Source: Candidatus Heimdallarchaeota archaeon
Lineage (GTDB): Archaea > Asgardarchaeota > Heimdallarchaeia > Heimdallarchaeales > Kariarchaeaceae
Reading direction: 5' to 3'
Length of the DNA stretch: 32,000 nt
NCBI GenBank assembly: GCA_030149205.1
Contig: JASBSB010000001.1
Span: 450,001 to 482,000 of the forward strand
Position numbers and translations under genes: made by a program. The notes beneath the pieces are model-generated. The model had not been told where the DNA came from. It made no database searches and saw nothing but the letters and a program-made list of their open reading frames with translations. This document shows positions 8,346 through 16,132 of the stretch, piece after piece. How positions within the stretch are numbered: position 1 is the first letter of the stretch; the number at the start of each line of letters is the position of its first letter.

Positions 8346-8609
8346 ATGGTTGATTTAAGGACATACAGTTGGATCATGGGAGGAAAACATCGACAAAAAA
8401 TTCTTTCGATATTATATCAAAATCCATTACTGCCTAGTGAAATTGCATCTAAACTTCAAATAAGCAGATCAATGGTGTCACGTGAATTAAACTTAATGAA
8501 ACAGAAAAACCTTGTAGAAAGCTTCAAAAGTGATTCAAAGACAGTTGTTTACGTATTAACTGAAAAAGGTGTAGAATTTTATATATATTTATTAAACAAA
8601 TCTACATAA
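8346..8609 (+). CDS. Winged helix-turn-helix transcriptional regulator (ArsR/MarR-like); probable controller of the adjacent restriction-modification genes
   Basis: RQKILSIL...PSEIASKLQISRSMVSRELNLMKQKNLVE...VYVLTEKG pattern. Confidence 0.85.
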   Translation: MVDLRTYSWIMGGKHRQKILSILYQNPLLPSEIASKLQISRSMVSRELNLMKQKNLVESFKSDSKTVVYVLTEKGVEFYIYLLNKST

Positions 8610-8672
8610 TCAGACAATTATATTCGAACTATAAGTCAATTATGGATATATTACCTCTTCAAAACAGTTTCT

Positions 8673-9452
8673 ATGGATGATTCAACAAAAACTAAGATAA
8701 AACTAATTGAAATATGCGATGATTATGGGATCCCTTTCACATTTTTACCTGATATTATTTTGGAACCTAAAGTGATTCCGATGATAAGAGGGTATAGTTT
8801 TGAATATGTTGTTTACTCCGAGTTATCATCTTTGTTAAAAGACAGTGATTATTTAGTAAAAAAAGATGTTACAAATCCTCAGATCAATTTCGCTGATAAA
8901 GACGTGGAGGTTTATAACAAGAAAACTAAAACTTCCTTTGTTTTTGAGTGCAAACTGTCAGGAAAGGGGTCCTACCTAAAATCGAAGAACAGGTGTAGAA
9001 TCAAGTGTATGAGGTCACGAACCTTAGGAGAAGAGGCAGCTAAGACGGTGAGTAAACATACAAAACTCCCTGTCTCATTAATCCTTAATCATAAGGATAA
9101 TTACCATTATTTGCATTTTGACTTTGTTGTTACAAATCTAGCGAATGTTTTTTATAAAACACGAGATGATGGTATTTTTGAATTTAACCCTGATAAAGAG
9201 GAATTTAAGGTCCTTAGAGAATGGACGGGAGAAAATCAGATTTCAAAAATCAAAGCAAAGCTTCAAAAAACTTTGTATTTTGCAAAATCAAAGGATATTG
9301 CTCCTCTACAGGAAAATGATAACTTATGCACTAAAAAAAACTGCACTTTACCAAATGAATGTGGTTTCATACCAAATTATCCTTATTTTGATTTCGAAAA
9401 AATCGAGCCTTGGAAGGAGTTAACAAAGGATAATTTGACCAAATTTATCTAA
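8673..9452 (+). CDS. Putative type II restriction endonuclease (PD-(D/E)xK-like)
   Basis: GYSFEY...ADKDVEV...FECKLSG matches an E...D...ExK catalytic arrangement; convergent with an m6A methyltransferase, stops overlapping by 4 bp. Confidence 0.7.
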   Translation: MDDSTKTKIKLIEICDDYGIPFTFLPDIILEPKVIPMIRGYSFEYVVYSELSSLLKDSDYLVKKDVTNPQINFADKDVEVYNKKTKTSFVFECKLSGKGSYLKSKNRCRIKCMRSRTLGEEAAKTVSKHTKLPVSLILNHKDNYHYLHFDFVVTNLANVFYKTRDDGIFEFNPDKEEFKVLREWTGENQISKIKAKLQKTLYFAKSKDIAPLQENDNLCTKKNCTLPNECGFIPNYPYFDFEKIEPWKELTKDNLTKFI

Positions 9453-10399
9453 AAAATTCCATCTAAACTAGTTTGCTTACATAGTTTAACTTCATAATTG
9501 TAAATGAACACTTCTTTTCCTTTATAACGACTACCCTTGTCATTCGTCTTTCCTGTTTGATCATCAGTTCTTTGAATCATGTAGTTCCATTCTTTATCAT
9601 CAATAAAATCTGTCCAACTATACATATCCCTAATGTCAGAAACGTTATCGTAGGTTAGCAGGAATTTAAAACTATTTGAATATTTTTTAAGTAACTCCAT
9701 CAACCGAATATGATCTTCTAAATCAAAAGTACGCTCATAAAATTTGTCTTGATCTGCGTTGAAATAAGGTGGGTCTATGAAAATGAAAGTATCTTCTGGA
9801 ACATTTTTAATAACTTTCTCAAAATCATAACTTGTTAGTTTAACATTGGTTAGTTTGTCATGAACTTTTAAGAGATGACTTCCCCAATTTTCAGGTGGAC
9901 TACTGTATTTCCTTCCATACCCCCAATATAAATTAGATTCCTTCATGATCCCAGAATAGGATGTTCGATTTAAGTAATAATAGCGAACCGCCTCTTCAAA
10001 TTTATTTGAAGGAGTGAACTCTTTTTTATAGTATTTATGTAACTCTTTTGTTGCTTGAATTCCATTAAGATACTCTATCAATTCATCTACTCGGTCGCGA
10101 ATAACAAGATAACAATTAATTAGTCTTTCATCCAAATCATTCAACCAACTATTAACTTTTTTTTTATGGAAAAATATGGAGCCTCCCCCAACCATAGGTT
10201 CAATATAATATTTATGATCAGGAAGATATGATGTGATTAAATTTCGAGCATAGAATTTTCCACCAGGATACCTGAAAGGTGATCTTATAGATTTGTTATC
10301 ATACTTCCCGTTTTCCACATTTCTTGAGTTAAAGGTATTTTCTATAAGAGTTTCCATATTCTCGTTTGTGATCCATTGATCAAAGTCATAATTTTTCAC
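9449..10399 (-). CDS. DNA adenine (m6A) methyltransferase, Dam/D12 (alpha-class) family
   Basis: SPFRYPGGK, YIEPMVGGGSIFF, WLNDLD, YYYLNRTSYSG, FIDPPY. Confidence 0.93.
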   Translation of the reverse strand: MKNYDFDQWITNENMETLIENTFNSRNVENGKYDNKSIRSPFRYPGGKFYARNLITSYLPDHKYYIEPMVGGGSIFFHKKKVNSWLNDLDERLINCYLVIRDRVDELIEYLNGIQATKELHKYYKKEFTPSNKFEEAVRYYYLNRTSYSGIMKESNLYWGYGRKYSSPPENWGSHLLKVHDKLTNVKLTSYDFEKVIKNVPEDTFIFIDPPYFNADQDKFYERTFDLEDHIRLMELLKKYSNSFKFLLTYDNVSDIRDMYSWTDFIDDKEWNYMIQRTDDQTGKTNDKGSRYKGKEVFIYNYEVKLCKQTSLDGIF

Positions 10400-10826
10400 A
10401 GAACTTATTCAAAACAAATTATAAAAAGAAAGTAATAAAAATGGAAAGTTATGAGGTTATCTAAATGGTTGGTATAACAAAGATAAAATGATATGAGGGT
10501 ACTTTACCTCTCGTGTAAACGTAAATCCTAAAAATCTCTTTGATTAGCTTAATCAAAAACTATAATTTAATTTAATACTTATCTTTGTTTAAAATTTTAT
10601 AAACCTAGGAGTAAATTCAACGAGTGAATAGTTAAAAACGTCTAAAATATAATTAATAGTACTATTTGATAGGCAAATTAAAATTTATTGGAGATAATAA
10701 ATTTTGGACACTCAAACCGATTTGCTAGTTATAAATTATGCAATAACTAACGAAATTGGTAATGAACCATATTAATGTTCAAACTTCAAAGGTCGGGTAA
10801 GTAAGAAAAAAAATTCAAATGTAGAA

Positions 10827-11806
10827 ATGTATTATGCAATAACAATAAGGTGCATGATTTGTTTAAACTGTACTATTTATAGGAAACAAGAAATAAAAAG
10901 TAAGTTTGAAGAAAAATTCAAAGAAAGGTCTGATAGTAGGTAAGTAAAATTAGTTGACAATAAAAATCTCTTTTTGCATAAAATAGATAATATCGAAGAT
11001 ATTAATTTAAGTATTCAACAGATAATGAAGAGGATTCAATATCAAGAAAAGAGATATGAGTATGCTTTTACGCTCCTGTTTTATGGAATTGATGATACAC
11101 AAAACTCACTTTAATATTTAATTGAAGGAAATACAAATATTTTCGATATCGATCTACTTGATTGGTCAATGGAAAGAGTATCCGTTGAGAAGGCTTTGCA
11201 GACATTATCAGAATATATAAAATTCAAAGGTGTAAAATATCGATTTCTTGAGAAGTTTTACAGTGATTATCAAGAATACATTGAAGTGGAAATAACAAAT
11301 ATAGAAATAATTGAGGTGGATAACGAAAAAATCTAAATTAGAGAAAATACATAGAAAAACAATACTCACCCAAGCAGGAAATTATCAATTGGTACGATAT
11401 CGTCTATCGAAAAAACAATGGTTCTAATTAGAAAGATATTTCGAAATAATTAATTGGGAAAATGAATTAAACATTTGAAACGAAATTACTAGATAACATT
11501 ATTATAGGATCAGAATTGTATCCATGTAAAAGATATAATCTCGATTATCTTGATGTTCTAATGTGTAGAGAATTTGATTGAGAGCCTGAAAGAAATTGTA
11601 TAAACAACCACATACACAAAGAATTCAAAAAAGAACAAAGGAATCTTCTAACAACTATTTTGAGGCATCTTGATAAATATTCAATTAATCTAGTGAATAA
11701 ACCTTGTAGATATGGATAATCGGAAAATGAGCATATTTGAAAATTTTTGAGAACTACTAATTTTCTAGAAGCAAATGATGCAGATCACTTCAAAGATAGG
11801 CTTTAA
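10827..11806 (+). pseudogene. Decayed coding sequence of unknown family
   Basis: One frame runs from ATG 10827 to 11336 with only two internal TAA (10941, 11112) and protein-like text (YEYAFTLLFYGIDD...LLDWSMERVSVEKALQTLSEYIKF). A second frame (about 11475-11806) continues with sparse stops. Family not recognised. Confidence 0.45.
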
Positions 11807-12037
11807 GAATAATTTCCTCTATATTTCTGATTGGAATTAATACATCACTTTGGTTATTAATTTGTGAGTGTTGACAAAATTCGGACAAAAATTTGCGTAT
11901 AATTATGGCTAAGCGCAATTTTTTGCCAAGAAGTTGTCTAAGTGTTTTGATATTATTACAATGAAATAACTAACCAGAATATAGGTATCCCTAATTAGCT
12001 CTAAGGATAAATTAAAATGGGCTAATTTAACATTCAG

Positions 12038-13258
12038 ATGTTGAAGCATCCAAAAAGGTTCATAATTTACTTTACTTTGAATTTAATGCACATTGGAAAT
12101 CATCTCCTCAGCTCTACTCTTCCTTTCTTTATACTGTTCGCAAGAAGTGACTTAGGATTGAGTTATACAGATACAGGAGCATTAATTGCCTTATTTGCTG
12201 GAGTGATGACTGTGCTAAGTATCCCTGTTGGGTTTTATGCGGATAAGTCATATCTCGTGAGATTTTTCTTGATATTCTCTGGGCTTGCAGTTATGAGTTT
12301 TGGATGGTATTTACTCACGGTTGTCAGTACAAAGTTCATGGTCTATGTAGCATTCGGGATCATAGGATTAGGCGCATCCGGGTACCATCCACCTGCGGCT
12401 GCGATGATTACAGACCTGTTTGAAGCTGATAAGGGGAAGGCACTTTCTATTCATCAGGCTGGTGGAATGGGTACATCGGCTCTTGCTCCTTTTCTGTTTA
12501 GTTTATTTGTGGAATTTTCTGGTTCATACATCTCTGCAAGTTGGATAGTAATGGGGATTGGCTTTGCTTTATTTTTATTTGGGATTACTATAGCATTCTT
12601 CACAAAATTAAAAGGTGTTAACTCACATGATGTTCAAGATTCTAAGACTGTTGGTTCCCTAGGTATCTTTTTGACTGCGTTAATTTTGTTACCACTGGCG
12701 TTCACCTCATTGACAAATTCGATCTTTAAGGTCTCAACCACATTTATGGGGCTACTATTTCAAGATTATGGGGGATTGAACAATGATCTTGCATCATTGG
12801 CCTCGACACTGACACTGGGGGTTGCAATCATCTTTATCTTAATTGGAGGTCTTGTTACAGATTATGTCAGCCCTATTGCAGCTATAGTTATTGCATCTTT
12901 TGCAACCTTTCTTTCAGGATTAGCATTGGTCACACTCCCAATTTATTCAAATGTTTACGTCCTTGGATTTGTTATTTTCCTGATAAATTCAAGTTTCTAC
13001 ATAAGTGGACCTGGTACAAACACTCTATTAGCCAATAGGGTGCCTCCTAAAATGAGAGGTAAACTATTTGGATCACTCTTTAGCCTGGGACAGATCCTTA
13101 GTCTTATTACTCCAATATTGTTTGGATACCTAAGAGATAACGTGGGGATAGGTTCTGCCTTTATGATGATTTTTCTGCTGGGTGGCTTAGTATTCATTTT
13201 GGGTATTCTTATCTGGAGACAGGGAAACCGTACTGCTATGAATTCCAAAACTGTTTAA
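12038..13258 (+). CDS. Major facilitator superfamily (MFS) transporter
   Basis: About 12 hydrophobic segments; GFYADK, GASGYHPPAAAMIT, KGKALSIHQAGG, RGKLFG motifs. Confidence 0.93.
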   Translation: MLKHPKRFIIYFTLNLMHIGNHLLSSTLPFFILFARSDLGLSYTDTGALIALFAGVMTVLSIPVGFYADKSYLVRFFLIFSGLAVMSFGWYLLTVVSTKFMVYVAFGIIGLGASGYHPPAAAMITDLFEADKGKALSIHQAGGMGTSALAPFLFSLFVEFSGSYISASWIVMGIGFALFLFGITIAFFTKLKGVNSHDVQDSKTVGSLGIFLTALILLPLAFTSLTNSIFKVSTTFMGLLFQDYGGLNNDLASLASTLTLGVAIIFILIGGLVTDYVSPIAAIVIASFATFLSGLALVTLPIYSNVYVLGFVIFLINSSFYISGPGTNTLLANRVPPKMRGKLFGSLFSLGQILSLITPILFGYLRDNVGIGSAFMMIFLLGGLVFILGILIWRQGNRTAMNSKTV

Positions 13259-13426
13259 ACATCTAAAGTTAATACCATATCAGACTTATAATGATTTTTT
13301 TAAGATAAGTGATTTTGGAACAATGAAGTTGAAGTTAAAAAAAACATTCAAAATTGGTATACAAATCTCTTTTTCAAACTTAGGAATTAAAATAAACATA
13401 AATATAAGAATCATAATGTTACCATA

Positions 13427-14593
13427 TTGAACTCTCTCAATCCCCTACTCAAATGGCCTGGTGGGAAATCTCGAGAAATAAATGAATTAGATAAATCTTT
13501 ACCCGACTTTAAGTCAATTGACTTATATATCAGTCCGTTTTTTGGAGGAGGAGCTCTTTATTTCTCAAAACTTCCAAAAAAAGCAGTTGTAAATGATATT
13601 GACATTCAATTAATTACCTTTTATAAGGATATCAAAAACAACAGTTATAAATTTTTTTTTACATTAGATTTAATTTTAAAAGATTGGGAGATATTAACTA
13701 AGATTTCAAAGAATTATCTAGAAGTCTACGAAAAGAAATTTATTATTTTGAAAAATTCGAGTGGAAATAATTTATTAAAAAATTTAAAAATTCAATCAAA
13801 AGATCTAGTTGATGAAGTACTTCAAGAGGATTTTTCAGAGCTTGTAACCCCTTTCTTCAAAGAATTCCAATTAATCACAATAACTTATGTATCCCGAAAA
13901 TTAAAAAAAACAATAGAATTATTATCAAAATCACCAAATGAGCTTGAACCAAGAACGCATTTGATAAATTTTGAAACAGCTTTAAAAGGATCATACTATA
14001 ACTTAATAAGAGATTTTTATTATAACATTAATCAAGATAATTACCAAAAGTACCAGTTTTCTTCCTTTTTTTTCTTTATCCGAGAATTTTGTTTTGGTTC
14101 AATGTTTAGATATAACTCAAGTGGTCAGTTTAATATCCCTTATGGAGGTTCAAATTATAACAGGAAAAATCTGAGAAGAAAAATTAACCTAATTAGATCA
14201 TTAAATTATAATAAATTAGGTTTATCAATTGAATTTCATTCATCTAATTATTTAGAATTTATGTCAGGTCTAAATAAGATTATTACAAAAGAATCGTTTG
14301 TATTTTATGACCCACCCTATCACTCTGAATTTTCAAGCTATTCAAATAATGAATTTACAACTGAAGACCATAAGGAACTAGCAATTAATTTTAGAAATTT
14401 GAATTGTAAAGGGATGCTCGTTATTAAAGATACTCAATTTATTAGAAATCTTTATGATGGAAAGACTACAAATTTTAGCGGGAAAAAATTTTACCTCCAT
14501 TCTTTTAAAAAAACATATAATTATAACGTTAAAGGAAGAAACAATAGATCTGTGACACATCTTGTCATCCTGAATTACAACTTGAATGAGTAA
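13427..14593 (+). CDS. DNA adenine (m6A) methyltransferase, Dam/D12 family, with a long helical insertion
   Basis: LLKWPGGKSRE, YISPFFGGGALYF, VVNDID, MFRYNSSGQFNIPYGG, FYDPPY. No in-frame ATG; start codon (TTG/ATA) uncertain. Confidence 0.9.
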   Translation: MNSLNPLLKWPGGKSREINELDKSLPDFKSIDLYISPFFGGGALYFSKLPKKAVVNDIDIQLITFYKDIKNNSYKFFFTLDLILKDWEILTKISKNYLEVYEKKFIILKNSSGNNLLKNLKIQSKDLVDEVLQEDFSELVTPFFKEFQLITITYVSRKLKKTIELLSKSPNELEPRTHLINFETALKGSYYNLIRDFYYNINQDNYQKYQFSSFFFFIREFCFGSMFRYNSSGQFNIPYGGSNYNRKNLRRKINLIRSLNYNKLGLSIEFHSSNYLEFMSGLNKIITKESFVFYDPPYHSEFSSYSNNEFTTEDHKELAINFRNLNCKGMLVIKDTQFIRNLYDGKTTNFSGKKFYLHSFKKTYNYNVKGRNNRSVTHLVILNYNLNE

Positions 14594-14754
14594 TTTCTCT
14601 AAAGTAATTATTGGATAAATATAATATCTTTCAATTTTAAATAAAAAAATTCGATTTAAAGCTATCAATTCAGTCCTATTTATCTTATATTCTTTTAACA
14701 CTTAACACAAAAATCATCGTCAATTATTGATTAAAGTATTAAATTAACGAAATG

Positions 14755-14787
14755 TTTATATTGACAAAAATTCAATATAATATGGAG
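14755..14787 (+). promoter_or_regulatory. Putative TATA box and ribosome-binding site for the DGQHR-GHKL pair
   Basis: TTTATATT at 14755-14762 and GGAG at 14784-14787 upstream of TTG 14796. The AT-rich context lowers specificity. Confidence 0.4.
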
Positions 14788-14795
14788 ATTGTTTA

Positions 14796-16130
14796 TTGAC
14801 GAAACAAAATCAAATTATAAATGAAATCTTGGATAGAGCATATATGCCTCTAAGCACTGGCGATTTCTTCAAAAAATTACAAGCAAGAACTAGAGCTTCA
14901 AAAGACTCTGTTAGAGCTTCACTTGAAGAACTTCACAAACAAAATAAAATTATATACGATGCATTCCCTGGAATGAAGGAAAAAGTTGTGTTTCCAAGTT
15001 TAAAAAACAAACTACAAGAAAACATAAAAATAAAGGGAGAAGCCTTTTACACAAATGACAAGAAAGTCAAAATTTTTATTGGATATTCTGACCTTCAAAC
15101 CATTGGTCAAATTGCAAAAGTAGTTGGCTTCCGTGGGAATGCTGAGGGGTTTCAAAGAATGAAACAAAGATCTTGGGTTTTAGAATTGTCACATGTTTTT
15201 GAAACAGAAGAAATTTTCCTTTTTACAAGCATTGTATTGTATTTAGACGAAACAAAAGTTAAACAAGAAGATGGGGGATTGATATTACCTACATCAAATA
15301 TTATCTCAGAAAGGGATAAACCAGCGTTAATTGTTGATGGACAACAAAGATGTCAAGCCTTTCATGAACTAGTAATTTCTGAACAGAAAACAGACGTTCT
15401 GAAGACTCCGATTGTTATAATTTTAGGTACTTTTAAGGAAAAAGAGTTAATGGAATTCCTTAGATTATTGTTTGTTAACGCAAATCGAACAAAACCTCTA
15501 CCCTCCTCTCTTATTAACCAATTACTCGCAACAATTGAAGATTTAGAAAACAAAACAATAGTGAGTAGTAGTAAAAAAGGTGGAAGGTTTAGTAAAATAG
15601 TGCAAGATATTGATGAAAATGAAAACTCAGTTTTATGGAATAAAATTGGTCTCGAAAAGAAAGGTGATCCAAAAGATTACCCGTTGGCCTTTAATGTACT
15701 GAATTATCAGGTAAAATACTTAAACAATTATCTTTTAAATTTTGTAAATAGAGAAATGCTTAATGATGAATTAATAAAAAATGTTGTTAATGACATTTAT
15801 GCTGCAATTTACAGTAATTATACTCAAACATTTGATTTGATTCTAAAAGATGTTAGAGCAATTGGACCATTATTTTTCTTTCTTTCTCGAAATATATCAA
15901 CTGAAATATTATTTTCTGATGATCGAAAAGATAGATTAAGTATTATTATAGAGCGAATCGCGGACTATATAACTTTAACACCTAATCCCAAAAAGATACG
16001 TTCTTGGCTTGATATTGGGGATTGGAATCCAGAAAAATTAGGAGACGTTAGAAATCGTCCTGCTTTGGAAAAAGCGGCTCAAGAAATTCACAGAATTTAT
16101 ATTAACATTCTACGATCTGAGAGGAATTAA
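14796..16130 (+). CDS. DGQHR-domain (DndB/DpdB-like, ParB/Srx fold) protein with an N-terminal winged-helix-like extension
   Basis: GFQR...FTSIVLYLD...GLILP...ALIVDGQQR...FVNANRTKPLPSSLINQLL; first ~75 aa have a wHTH-like pattern. Confidence 0.8.
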   Translation: MTKQNQIINEILDRAYMPLSTGDFFKKLQARTRASKDSVRASLEELHKQNKIIYDAFPGMKEKVVFPSLKNKLQENIKIKGEAFYTNDKKVKIFIGYSDLQTIGQIAKVVGFRGNAEGFQRMKQRSWVLELSHVFETEEIFLFTSIVLYLDETKVKQEDGGLILPTSNIISERDKPALIVDGQQRCQAFHELVISEQKTDVLKTPIVIILGTFKEKELMEFLRLLFVNANRTKPLPSSLINQLLATIEDLENKTIVSSSKKGGRFSKIVQDIDENENSVLWNKIGLEKKGDPKDYPLAFNVLNYQVKYLNNYLLNFVNREMLNDELIKNVVNDIYAAIYSNYTQTFDLILKDVRAIGPLFFFLSRNISTEILFSDDRKDRLSIIIERIADYITLTPNPKKIRSWLDIGDWNPEKLGDVRNRPALEKAAQEIHRIYINILRSERN

Positions 16131-16132
16131 AA

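Noticed and set aside
8673-10399. Assigning recognition sequences to the methyltransferases or the endonuclease
   Set aside because: Cannot be derived by eye; GATC and several 6-bp palindromes occur freely in the window. Needs REBASE comparison or a methylome.
7620-11806. UGA-to-Trp or other stop-codon recoding in the interrupted frames
   Set aside because: The same frames use TGG for Trp and also contain TAA/TAG stops and frameshifts; ordinary transition-driven decay explains them.
14761-14781. Bacterial sigma70 promoter (TTGACA...TATAAT)
   Set aside because: The spacer is only 9 nt; a similar pair near 11874-11906 has a spacer of about 21 nt. Neither fits ~17 nt, and the host is archaeal.
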